DNA from: Gemmatimonadota bacterium
GTDB lineage: Bacteria > Latescibacterota > UBA2968 > UBA8231
Direction of reading: 5' to 3'
DNA: 25,459 bases
Assembly (NCBI GenBank): GCA_038128265.1
Contig: JAYPJE010000054.1
Coordinates: 1-25,459 of the forward strand
The translations under genes and the position numbers were made by a program. The notes beneath the pieces were generated by a model, which was not told where the DNA came from, did no database searches, and was given only the letters and a program-made list of their open reading frames with translations. The first letter of the stretch is position 1; each line of letters opens with the position of its first letter. This document shows positions 16,118-25,152 of this stretch, piece after piece.

Positions 16118-17023
16118 ATGGTTGCACCTGAGGTAGATCGCCGTCGGGCCTATCTATACGGTCTGGCTACCGTGCTGCTGTGGTCGACCGTGGCATCGGC
16201 CTTTAAGCTGTCGCTGCGCCATCTCGACTACGCGCAGCTGCTGCTCTACGCCAGTGCAGTTTCGACGCTGGTATTGGGCCTCGTGGTTTGGCTGCAGGGC
16301 AAGGGCGGACTGTTGTGGAACGGAGGGCGTCGAGCCTGGGGGCGTTCACTGCTGCTGGGGTTGTGCAATCCGCTGGCCTATTACCTCGTTCTATTTGCCG
16401 CCTACCAGCGTTTGCCGGCGCAGGAGGCACAGCCGCTCAACTATACCTGGGCGCTAACGCTTACGCTGCTGTCGATTCCCTTATTAAATCAGCGCCCGGG
16501 CTGGCACGATGCGCTGGCCGGTCTCATCTGCTATAGCGGCGTGCTCGTTATCAGCACGCGCGGCGATGTGTTGGGTATGCGCTTCTCCGATCCCACTGGC
16601 GTTGCGCTCGCGTTGGGCAGCACGGTGCTGTGGGCGCTCTACTGGATATTCAATACGCGCGATGATCGCGATCCGGTCGTGCGGCTATTCCTGAACTTTG
16701 CCCTAGCCCTGCCTTTTGTGTTCCTATACTGCCTTTGGCAGTCTAGTCCGTGGCCGGTGCCGGCCGAGGGGCTGTGGGGCGCGGCCTACGTGGGGGTTTT
16801 CGAGATGGGCGTGGCTTTTGTGCTCTGGCAGCAGGCGCTGCGCTATGCCGAACATGCGGCGCAGGTGGGCAACCTTATTTTTATTTCGCCGTTCCTATCG
16901 CTCGCCTTTATCTACTTCCTCGTTGGCGAAGAGATCCTACCCTCGACATTGGTGGGGCTACTGTTAGTCGTTGGCGGCCTCGTGCTACAGCAAGTAGGGG
17001 CTCGCACTCAGTCGACCGCCTAG
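16118..17023 (+). CDS. DMT/EamA family transporter
   Basis: About 10 hydrophobic segments; AYLYGLATVLLWSTVASAFK, LPAQEAQPLNYTW, YVGVFEMG, NLIFISPFLSL...GE. Start codon is uncertain. Confidence 0.88.
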   Translation: MVAPEVDRRRAYLYGLATVLLWSTVASAFKLSLRHLDYAQLLLYASAVSTLVLGLVVWLQGKGGLLWNGGRRAWGRSLLLGLCNPLAYYLVLFAAYQRLPAQEAQPLNYTWALTLTLLSIPLLNQRPGWHDALAGLICYSGVLVISTRGDVLGMRFSDPTGVALALGSTVLWALYWIFNTRDDRDPVVRLFLNFALALPFVFLYCLWQSSPWPVPAEGLWGAAYVGVFEMGVAFVLWQQALRYAEHAAQVGNLIFISPFLSLAFIYFLVGEEILPSTLVGLLLVVGGLVLQQVGARTQSTA

Positions 17024-17925
17024 CGCACGGGGCCAAAGTGTGCGCCCCACTGCTCGGCAATGCGCTGGCCCTGCTCGAGCAGCGCGCTTTCCTCGTCAAC
17101 TGTTAGCGGCTGGTAGCGCCGCACCCACTCAATGTTTTGCTCGAGCTCTTCTTCGCTGTATAGTCCGACTACGGCCGTGCTGACCCCAGGCAGACCCAGC
17201 GCATAGCGCAGTGCCTGTTCATACTGGCTGAAGCCCTGTGGCTGCAGGGCCGCAGCGACGGGCTTTTCGTACTGCATATCGATGGCGCCACCGTAGGCTT
17301 TCATGGCCGCTACGCCGACGCCCTTTTCGCGCGCCAGCGCCAGCACTTCGCCGTCGAAGTTATAGGTAAAGTGGTCGGCGAAGTTGAGGGCGATCATGAT
17401 GACGTCTATTTCGGCTTCGCGCAGCACGCGGGCCACCTTCCACGGGCAGTGGTGTGCGGTGACGCCTAGGTAGCGAATAAGCCCCTGGCGCTTGGCCTCA
17501 CGCAGCGCGGCTAGCGACCCGTTGGGCGCTAGCACCTGGTCGACGTCGTGATTGCCCAGCGAGTGCACGTACATCAGATCTAAATGGTCCGTTTTTAAAT
17601 CGCGTAGATTCTGCTCTACGATGCGCTGCATCTCGTCGCCATCTGCCGTGACGCCCTTGCTAATGAGAAAAATTTCGTCGCGCCGCGCCGGCACAATTTC
17701 GGCTAGCTGACGGTGGGCGCGTTCGTAGCCGGGGGCGGTGTCCACATAGGTTACGCCTAGGTCGATGGCTCGTTCAAACAGCGCGATGGCGGCATCGTCT
17801 TTTAAACCCATGCCGCCTGGGGCCGTACCCAGTCCGAGCATGGGGACGCGCTCGCCAGTATGGCCTAGCTGGCGCTGTGGCAGAGGGGTTGCGAGGTCTT
17901 TGCTGGTGGGTGCTGTAGTCGTCAT
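17020..17925 (-). CDS. Aldo/keto reductase
   Basis: RQLGHTGERVPMLGLGT; catalytic tetrad in VDTAPGY, ISK and YVH; GLIRYLGVT; AMKAYGG. ATG after GGGGAG. Confidence 0.92.
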   Translation of the reverse strand: MTTTAPTSKDLATPLPQRQLGHTGERVPMLGLGTAPGGMGLKDDAAIALFERAIDLGVTYVDTAPGYERAHRQLAEIVPARRDEIFLISKGVTADGDEMQRIVEQNLRDLKTDHLDLMYVHSLGNHDVDQVLAPNGSLAALREAKRQGLIRYLGVTAHHCPWKVARVLREAEIDVIMIALNFADHFTYNFDGEVLALAREKGVGVAAMKAYGGAIDMQYEKPVAAALQPQGFSQYEQALRYALGLPGVSTAVVGLYSEEELEQNIEWVRRYQPLTVDEESALLEQGQRIAEQWGAHFGPVR

Positions 17926-17959
17926 CGGCTCACTCCCCATTTGTCGGGTTATGTCAAAA

Positions 17960-17988
17960 AATATAGCAAGTGCACCGCGCGCGGCCAA
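17960..17988 (-). promoter_or_regulatory. Putative sigma70 promoter of the aldo/keto reductase
   Basis: Minus strand TTGGCC-N17-TATATT with TG at the extended -10 position. Confidence 0.45.
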
Positions 17989-18065
17989 TCGATCCGATCC
18001 ATTTGGTACTCCGGCATTCGCTGCGTACCTTACGCGCGCACTCTCTTCGCGAAAAGGAGCGAACG

Positions 18066-18926
18066 ATGGCCAAAAACAAAGTTGAGAAGCCGGTGTTGTA
18101 CCAGTGCGCTACGCTGGGTTCGTTAATGGGATACGGCGACAAGAAGGGTGAATGGAGCATTGATCGAAAAATCGCAACGATTCGCAAGGCGGGTTTTGCC
18201 GGTTTTGTCGGGCGCACGGCTTTTGTCAGTCGTGAGCAGGTAGCCGAGTCGGGCCTGCTCTTTGCCTGCACGACCGATCTGGGCGGCATTGGTGAGATCA
18301 AGCCTAAGCTGCGCGCGATCAAAGCGACGGGCGCGCGCGTCGTCAACGTGCAAATGCTCGATCACGACACGCCGACTAAGCGCGCGCTGGAAGTGGCACG
18401 CCGCCTGATGGCCGCTGCCGACGAAATGGGTATGGATGTGTCGATTGAGGTGCACCGCGATACCTGCACGGAGACGCCGGAAAAAGCCTATGCGCTGGCC
18501 GAGGGCTTTGAAAAGGCGGAAAAGAGGAAGTTAAAGATGACCTGGGACTTCTCGCACCCGGCTGTCATCAAACACCTGTCGCCGCCCTATTGGGATCGCT
18601 TGGCCGAGCGCCCGGACCTGATCCAGCACGCCAACCAGCTGCACTTTCGTCCGTTTAACGGCCATCACGCGCAGATCCCCGCTCTCGATGCCAAGGGCGC
18701 CTTTACGCCGGAGTTTATCGATTGGTTGGAGTTTGCCGAACGCGTGCTGTCCTGCTGGTTGGAAACGGCTCCTCCCGGGCGCGAACTCTTTGTATGCCCC
18801 GAGCAGATTGCCGGTGGCTACTTCGTATCGGTGTTTGGCGATCGCTGGAAGGACGTGCTGGCGATTCAGAGCGAGATTGAACGCGTGTGGAAAAAACAGC
18901 TGCGCAAGTGGAAGGCACCGCGCTAA
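18066..18926 (+). CDS. Xylose-isomerase-like TIM barrel protein
   Basis: ATG after AAGGAG; IRKAGFAG, IEVHRDTCTE, TWDFSHP, LHFRPFNG, VCPE. Confidence 0.78.
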   Translation: MAKNKVEKPVLYQCATLGSLMGYGDKKGEWSIDRKIATIRKAGFAGFVGRTAFVSREQVAESGLLFACTTDLGGIGEIKPKLRAIKATGARVVNVQMLDHDTPTKRALEVARRLMAAADEMGMDVSIEVHRDTCTETPEKAYALAEGFEKAEKRKLKMTWDFSHPAVIKHLSPPYWDRLAERPDLIQHANQLHFRPFNGHHAQIPALDAKGAFTPEFIDWLEFAERVLSCWLETAPPGRELFVCPEQIAGGYFVSVFGDRWKDVLAIQSEIERVWKKQLRKWKAPR

Positions 18927-21086
18927 GTGGCAATAGTTCGAAGCGGTGCACCCGGCGGAGGGCAGGTCTGGCACTGGCCCCAGTTGGCTTTTGACGAGCG
19001 CGCGCGCCGCTGGGGAACGATGCGCTGTCGAATGCCTAAAACCGTCGTTGCCGGCGCTGCCGTTGACGCCGAGTTTGCATTTTGCGCAGGAGAAGCGGGG
19101 CTGGCCGAGGGCGCGGCCCTGCGCATCGCCTGGCGCTGGCCCTTTGATTGGGCGCGGCCGGAGCGAACGGAGATTGTCTGCGAACAAGCGAAAGTTGCGT
19201 TTGCATTCGAGCCGCAGGGCGATCTCAACCCCTGGCATCACCACGTGGAACTGCGGGTCATCTCGGGTGGTCTACGCGCGGGCGATGAGGCCGTGCTGCG
19301 CTGCTACGGATGGGGGGCGCCGACGTTCATTACGCGCGGGGCGCGCTTCCTGCCGTTGATTAGCGGCGAGGACGAGCACAGCTGGAATCGCCTCGCTGAC
19401 CCTGGGGCATATGAGATTGTCGCCGGCCCGGCCGAGCGCCTCGTCGTCGTGTGCGAAGGCGAGGTTGGAGTAGGCGAAGCGACGGTCGTGCGCGTATACG
19501 GCGAAGATCGCTGGGGTAACCCCGCAGCGCTAGAGGGCGAACCGACGCTTGAGGGAGGCCATGAAGCGGTCTGCGAGAGCCAGGGTGCGCGCTTTCCGGT
19601 CTATACCTATCGCGTCCACCTGCGAGATGAGGGCGTCTATCGGCTGCGCGCGCGCTGCGGTTTGCTGCAGGGTGAGGGCAATCCGCTGCGCGTCGTGCCC
19701 ACCGCGCGCGCCGAGCGTCTCTACTGGGGCGACCTGCACTCCGGTCAAACGGAGATCGGCTGTGGGGCCGGTTCCCTAGACGATCATTTTACCTACGCCC
19801 GCGACGTGGCCGGGCTGCAGTTTGCCAGCCAGCAGGCCAACGACCACTACATCGACTCGGCTACTTGGCAGCACGTGCGCGACGTTTCGCACGCGGCTGA
19901 TAAGCCGGGACAGTTTGTCTGCTACCTGGGCTGTGAGTGGAGCCCGTTTAGCGAGGACGGCGGCGATCGCAACGTGTTCTATCGGGCAGACGAAGCGCGG
20001 CTGCGTCGCTCGGACCGATTTTTTGCCGAGGAGATGCCCGATCCAACGCCGGACTTGCCGCGCGCGCCGGAGTTTCTCGCCGCGATGAAAGACCAACAGG
20101 TGCTGCTTGGGTTGCACGTGGGGGGGCGGCCGACCAACCTCGACTTCCACGAGCCTTCTATCGAGCCGCTTTTTGAGATCCACTCGACGCACGGCACGTC
20201 GGAGTGGTTTGTATTTGACGCTGTGCGCCGCGGGTATAAGGTTGGCGTTACGGGTGGGACCGATGGGGTCATGGGGCGTCCGGGGGCTTGCCGACCGGGG
20301 CGGCGTCTAACGCGCAACGTGCGCAATGGGCTGACGGCCCTGCGCGCGGATGAGTTGAGCCGTCGGGGGCTGTGGTCCGCGCTGCAGGCGCGGCGCTGCT
20401 ATGCGACGAGCGGCGCGCGCATCTTGCTAGACGTAGAAATAGACGGGCGCGGCATGGGCAGCCAGTGCACGGTGTCCGATACCGTAGGAATACGCGTATG
20501 CGTCGAAGGGACGGCTGCCCTAGAGCGCGTCGATGTGCTGCGCGACACCGATGTCGTGCACAGCTGGCAGATTGCCCCATATGATCGCTCGCGCCTGCGC
20601 GTGCTGTGGGGCGGAGCCGAAGCGGAAGGCACGGCGGGTGCACAGCGCGTGCAGTGGGACGGCGTGCTCCGCGCCGAGAGCGGTCGTCTGGCCGACGTCG
20701 TGCCCGTGGGACTGCAGTCGCCGCTCGACTCAGTCGAGCAGGTCGACGAGCGCAGCGTGCGCTGGCGTTCGGCGACGGGGGGTAACGAAATGGGATTCAG
20801 CCTCCGCACCGACGGCGCTGCGCGCCTGCGCTTAGAAGCGCTGCCAGGAGTGGTCGAGATCGATGTGCAGGAGGCGCTGCAACGAGAGCAGTTCGCATCG
20901 CTAGGCGGTGCTTCAAAGCACGTGCGCGTGGGCACAGCTCCGCGCGTCGATGGATCGCACTCGGCGCAGCTGTGCTGGCGCGATGAAACGCGTCGACAGG
21001 CAATGCACGCCTATTGGGTGCGGGTAGTGCAGGTCGATGGTGAACGCGCGTGGTCCAGTCCAATTTACGTTGCAAACGCCGACTAA
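18927..21086 (+). CDS. DUF3604 domain protein (PHP-like metal-binding core with flanking beta-rich domains)
   Basis: YWGDLH, YARDVAGL, ANDH, GCEWS...GGDRNV, EIHSTHGTSEW, GVTGGTD...RPG, RRCYATSG, YWVRVVQVDGERAWSSPI. GTG directly follows the upstream TAA. Confidence 0.82.
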   Translation: MAIVRSGAPGGGQVWHWPQLAFDERARRWGTMRCRMPKTVVAGAAVDAEFAFCAGEAGLAEGAALRIAWRWPFDWARPERTEIVCEQAKVAFAFEPQGDLNPWHHHVELRVISGGLRAGDEAVLRCYGWGAPTFITRGARFLPLISGEDEHSWNRLADPGAYEIVAGPAERLVVVCEGEVGVGEATVVRVYGEDRWGNPAALEGEPTLEGGHEAVCESQGARFPVYTYRVHLRDEGVYRLRARCGLLQGEGNPLRVVPTARAERLYWGDLHSGQTEIGCGAGSLDDHFTYARDVAGLQFASQQANDHYIDSATWQHVRDVSHAADKPGQFVCYLGCEWSPFSEDGGDRNVFYRADEARLRRSDRFFAEEMPDPTPDLPRAPEFLAAMKDQQVLLGLHVGGRPTNLDFHEPSIEPLFEIHSTHGTSEWFVFDAVRRGYKVGVTGGTDGVMGRPGACRPGRRLTRNVRNGLTALRADELSRRGLWSALQARRCYATSGARILLDVEIDGRGMGSQCTVSDTVGIRVCVEGTAALERVDVLRDTDVVHSWQIAPYDRSRLRVLWGGAEAEGTAGAQRVQWDGVLRAESGRLADVVPVGLQSPLDSVEQVDERSVRWRSATGGNEMGFSLRTDGAARLRLEALPGVVEIDVQEALQREQFASLGGASKHVRVGTAPRVDGSHSAQLCWRDETRRQAMHAYWVRVVQVDGERAWSSPIYVANAD

Positions 21087-21088
21087 GG

Positions 21089-22246
21089 CTATACGCCGTC
21101 CTGTCGAGACCAGTAGAGCGGCAGCGGACACCACTGCTCCAGCACAGCGGCGGCTGGCGGAAGCTCGACGACGGCCGATGGAGCCAGCGGGCCAAAGAGC
21201 AGGCGATGCGCCGTCGGTGCATCCACCCGCAGGACCGGTTTTTCTTCTGTGCGCGCGCACGTTGTTTCCCCGCTTTGCACCTCCAGCGCCAGCGTGCCGC
21301 AGCCGGTAATTTCCACGGTAACTCGGCCATCGACCAGCGGTCCGGTGCTGGCGCGCACTGCCAGCAGTGCACGCAGCGTTGCCGTCCAGTCAAAAACCTG
21401 CCAATTACCCGTAGAACTCGTTGAGAACGATTCGCCAATAGGGCCGAGCTTGTGGACGAGCGGATGCCATGGCGACAGATCGAAGCGCGTGCTGCTCGAA
21501 CTCTGTTGGGCGACCCACGCGCGCGCGATCTCCAGCTCGGGATGGCCCTCGGATACGGCGCACAGTTCGCAGACCGAGTCGCCGCTGCCGTTGGTCACGA
21601 GATAGCCGATCATGCGGCCATCGGGTGCCAACGCGATGTGCGGTTGGTGCTTCCAACTGCGCAGCAGCGCGTCAAATCGCTCGGCGGGGCGCAGGCAGTG
21701 GATGGGCTGTGCATCGTGTAATTCGATACAGCCGGCCCGATGTGTGGCGTCGTTGGGATCGAGCGGCTGGAAAGAGAGTCGGCTAGCCGTATCGCCATAG
21801 ACGTGGCGCAAATTGGCTTTGCTCAGCGTGAATGAGTAGCCCGTGCCGCATTTTTCGTAGCCAAAATAGGCGTAGCGCTGGCGCTGCCCGCCGAGCCACG
21901 ACAGGTGCTTACCTTCGTCGCGCATACGCTGGACGCAGTGCTCCATGAGCTGGCGCATATAGCCGGCCCCGCGTCGGCGTGGATGGCTAGAGACGCCGCC
22001 AATGCCGGCGACCTCTAGCTGCGTTTCGCCTAGCTGCCACGCAATGGGAAAGGAGCCGACTACGGCACGGAGGCGCCCGTCTTCGCGCACGGCCCAGTTC
22101 CAGCCCATCATTTCATCGTCGGGTTGGTAGAGGGCCGGCAGCAGCTGCGTGAAGTCGATCGGACCGTGGGCACTAAAGACCAGATTCATGAAGTCCATCG
22201 CATCTTCAAAGTCGGCGGCGTTCAGTTGCACTAATTCGGTGGCCAT
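21089..22246 (-). CDS. GNAT family N-acetyltransferase, Eis-like, with C-terminal SCP2-like region
   Basis: AGIGGVSSHPRRRGAGYMRQLM (motif A), LSWLGGQRQRYAYFGYE, C-terminal LEVQSGETTC...LLFG; 385 aa. Confidence 0.88.
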   Translation of the reverse strand: MATELVQLNAADFEDAMDFMNLVFSAHGPIDFTQLLPALYQPDDEMMGWNWAVREDGRLRAVVGSFPIAWQLGETQLEVAGIGGVSSHPRRRGAGYMRQLMEHCVQRMRDEGKHLSWLGGQRQRYAYFGYEKCGTGYSFTLSKANLRHVYGDTASRLSFQPLDPNDATHRAGCIELHDAQPIHCLRPAERFDALLRSWKHQPHIALAPDGRMIGYLVTNGSGDSVCELCAVSEGHPELEIARAWVAQQSSSSTRFDLSPWHPLVHKLGPIGESFSTSSTGNWQVFDWTATLRALLAVRASTGPLVDGRVTVEITGCGTLALEVQSGETTCARTEEKPVLRVDAPTAHRLLFGPLAPSAVVELPPAAAVLEQWCPLPLYWSRQDGV

Positions 22247-22360
22247 ATAGCAGTCCTATAAGTCTCACGGTTTGCGAACCTCGAAGAGGTTGTCCAAAGA
22301 GCCAAGGCGCGCACGCGCCGCTGCGCAAAACGATGGTTTAGGGGGGACGTGGATCTCAAG

Positions 22361-24166
22361 TTATTTTTTGCGACCGCCTGCACCGCCAATAAAATTTAAA
22401 ATTGCATCCATTGATGGATCCTCGCCCGAGAAGTATTCATCCGAGGACAAGCCGATAGGCATATGCGGAGCAACCCAAATGCGGTGATCTTCTGGCTCAC
22501 CTGATTGGTGAAATTGTGAAGAAACGATGCCCGTTAATCTACTGTAGGGTAAGTTAAACCAGCCCGATTCACTCAGTGCGTTGGGGCGTGATCCCGATGG
22601 TTCGCCCACGACAATTACATCGGTTAACCGGGAAATATCTAGCAATAGGTTATGTGCTGCTGAAAACGTATTTCTACCGATGAGCACAAACAGCTTACCA
22701 TCGGGTTTATGCCCCTCAAAGAAAACCATGGTTGCAATCATTGGGGGATTAATAGAGCCGTCTCCGCCGCTGTTATGGCGCAAATCTAAAATGAAATTGT
22801 CGACATGCTCTGCTATTATTTTTTTTCTGAGCTGAAGGTTAAATTCCTTGAAAGAAACAGATGCCTTATTGGCAATATCGTTGACTTGAACATAGAGTGC
22901 ATTGCGTTCACTGACGAATTCAGACCAATAGGTGTCATGATTATTGGCCAAATAGCGCGGAGACGCATTCGCTGTTAATGGCGGAAGCTTGGGGAAGCCT
23001 TGGAAATGTATCGCGTGGGTCTTAGGTTGAATTTTATGCGCTGTGCCAGAGGGTTTGCGCAGGGTTAGGGAAACGTGGTTGCTATTCTCAACGATCCCTA
23101 GTCCTTCGAGTACGGTTGTTAAACTGAGATAGTATGGGCTTAACCAGCGCTGCTGCATTTCATTGTCTCTGGCGTTGATCGACGCTGTCTTTGCCAGTGC
23201 CTGCTCGGTCGGCGTGTTGCCAAATGCTTCGACCGCACTACCTATCCATTCCCGATACTCTTCGCTGGCACCCACGATATACAGCCCATCAGAGAACCAG
23301 TAGAATTGCATTGGCAGTTGCGCAAATGAACCTTTCGCACCAAAGCCAGGAATGATGAGGTTATGCCCATTGCCTACCGAACCCAACAACAGCATAAACT
23401 CAAAAACCACTTGCTGGTCGGTCAGTGATGGTATTTGTTGATCGATGCTGTCCACCTTGCGTTGAAACGCTTCTGGACTAAGGGTGTGGTACATGTGTAC
23501 ATGTAAGCGCTTTATTTCGCCCACCAGGAAGCGTAGGTCCTGCCGCCAGGCCTCGTCACGAGACAGCGTTGTGTCTAGGTAGCTCCCCGCGGCTTTTTGG
23601 AATGATTCCGATGTTTCAAAAAGCGCAAAGTTTGGATTTTTCCCCCGAGTAAATATGCTGGTGCCCGCTAGCGTCGGTCGATCATCCCACCGAGCAGAAA
23701 GGTTTTGTTTGATCCAGGTAATGGCCTCTTTCTCATTGCCCAAACGACCGTGTGCCTCAGCAATTTTGATCATGATGTCGTTCGATGGTGCAGAGCCCGT
23801 TGGAATGTCGTGCAGAGCAGTCCCTAGCGCGATAGTTTGTTCAAGCGCATCGATTGCTTTTCTCCATTGTTGATGCTGAAGGTAGGCCAATCCCAATAGG
23901 TACCAGGTATCGCCGTCGTCCGGGTATTGCGAGGTCAATTCCTCTAAGATGGGTTTAGCTTCCTGCCATTTTTCTCGTCGTGCCAAATCGATGGCTTCTA
24001 TTCGATTGACACAGTAGGCGACAGGATTGACGACGCCAATCCTTGTCGGTGTTCTGATCCATGCATTGTTGGTCAATTCAGTGGCTTTGTTTACTGCCAA
24101 TACTTCCATGGGAATCCCGATTAATAAGATGACGATGAAACGCTGTATAACCATTGTAAGTTGCAT
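22361..24166 (-). CDS. Exported TPR + S41-family peptidase-like protein (lower GC than flanks)
   Basis: Hydrophobic N-terminus; TPR segment (WQEAKPILEEL..YPDDGDTWYLLGLAY); S41 motifs ILDLRHNSGG, LIGRNTFSAA, VVGEPSG. Start is uncertain (24166 or 24154). Confidence 0.8.
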   Translation of the reverse strand: MQLTMVIQRFIVILLIGIPMEVLAVNKATELTNNAWIRTPTRIGVVNPVAYCVNRIEAIDLARREKWQEAKPILEELTSQYPDDGDTWYLLGLAYLQHQQWRKAIDALEQTIALGTALHDIPTGSAPSNDIMIKIAEAHGRLGNEKEAITWIKQNLSARWDDRPTLAGTSIFTRGKNPNFALFETSESFQKAAGSYLDTTLSRDEAWRQDLRFLVGEIKRLHVHMYHTLSPEAFQRKVDSIDQQIPSLTDQQVVFEFMLLLGSVGNGHNLIIPGFGAKGSFAQLPMQFYWFSDGLYIVGASEEYREWIGSAVEAFGNTPTEQALAKTASINARDNEMQQRWLSPYYLSLTTVLEGLGIVENSNHVSLTLRKPSGTAHKIQPKTHAIHFQGFPKLPPLTANASPRYLANNHDTYWSEFVSERNALYVQVNDIANKASVSFKEFNLQLRKKIIAEHVDNFILDLRHNSGGDGSINPPMIATMVFFEGHKPDGKLFVLIGRNTFSAAHNLLLDISRLTDVIVVGEPSGSRPNALSESGWFNLPYSRLTGIVSSQFHQSGEPEDHRIWVAPHMPIGLSSDEYFSGEDPSMDAILNFIGGAGGRKK

Positions 24167-24314
24167 AGACTCTATTCTACAGCCTTGGTATTGGGATGTT
24201 GAAGAGGTCACATAGCGAGTTATTGTACCGCAAAACGCGCTACATGTCGATCCATTGTGGACATGGGTCAATCGCTATTGGAGCCTATATATGAAATGTT
24301 TGGCAGGTTCATTC

Positions 24315-25142
24315 CTATAGTTCAAGCACCGAAGTATTCGAGAATTCGATAAAGGGAAAGCACTCGGGCACGTGCGAGTCCCACACGCCGTGCGGACTCC
24401 ACGCCCAGCCGCCCGGATCGCGCGAAGGAGGGGCCTCTTTATACTGGTTAAAGCGGGAAAAGTCCATGCGCCACACGTCTCCTTCGTTTGGCGGTAGTGC
24501 GCGTCCATCGCCGCGTGCCAATACGTCCATGCCTGCCCAGGGGAACGCCAATTCTACCGTCCAGCCGCGGTCGCGGTCGCTGTCGTCGTTGAGCGTGCCA
24601 TCGACGTGCACTGCCCACTGCAGGCCGGGTAAGTCCCAGCGGAAAAAGCCCCTGCGCATGCCGCGCGGATGGTTGCTCAGAGCGACGCCATTAAAGGGCT
24701 GTGCGCCCTCGGCATCGGGCTGTAAACCGGTCAGTTTGTCGTAGCCATCGCGCTGGTAAGCCTCTTCCCACACGAAGAGCACTTCGTAAATCGTGCCGAG
24801 TGCGTTGATCTCGAATTCGTAATAGGCGTCTTTGCCAGCTATAAATACTTCGACGTCGTTGTTTTGGTATATGGGAGCGTCGCGCTCGGTCAGCGTAGCT
24901 GTAACAAACGGCTCTTCAATCCAAAAGCCAACATACAGATAGCGTTCGTCCCACAGCACGGCCGCGCGGGTGTCATGGAGGCCCGGTGCGCCGTGTACGA
25001 GATCGCGAAAGCGCGGGCTGCGCGGAGCTGCCAGCCAACTCGGTTCATCGAGGTGGCCGTCAACGGCGATGGGACCGGCGGCTCGGTAGGCGGTATAGCG
25101 CGCTACGTCGCCTTCGGGCCAGGGAGGAAAGGGCGTAGACAT
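24315..25142 (-). CDS. Carbohydrate-binding family 9 (CBM9)-like standalone protein
   Basis: IAVDGHLDEPSW, LWDERYLYV, DVEVFI, YYEFEINALG, GWTVELAFPW, WRMDFSR, W.WSPHG...H.PE.F. SD AGGAG. Confidence 0.85.
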   Translation of the reverse strand: MSTPFPPWPEGDVARYTAYRAAGPIAVDGHLDEPSWLAAPRSPRFRDLVHGAPGLHDTRAAVLWDERYLYVGFWIEEPFVTATLTERDAPIYQNNDVEVFIAGKDAYYEFEINALGTIYEVLFVWEEAYQRDGYDKLTGLQPDAEGAQPFNGVALSNHPRGMRRGFFRWDLPGLQWAVHVDGTLNDDSDRDRGWTVELAFPWAGMDVLARGDGRALPPNEGDVWRMDFSRFNQYKEAPPSRDPGGWAWSPHGVWDSHVPECFPFIEFSNTSVLEL

Positions 25143-25152
25143 AAGGTCACTC

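Noticed and set aside
24243..24265. CATGTC-N11-GACATG inverted repeat upstream of the S41 gene
   Set aside because: 6-bp arms are too short to distinguish from chance without comparative data.
24167..24271. Longer start (24271) for the S41 peptidase
   Set aside because: It buries the hydrophobic signal-like segment about 40 residues in; starts at 24166 or 24154 fit better.
22254..24318. TCCTATA near both sides of the low-GC gene as a target-site duplication
   Set aside because: Only 7 bp, also present at 25151, and explained as stop and/or SD sequence (TATAGGA) on the minus strand.
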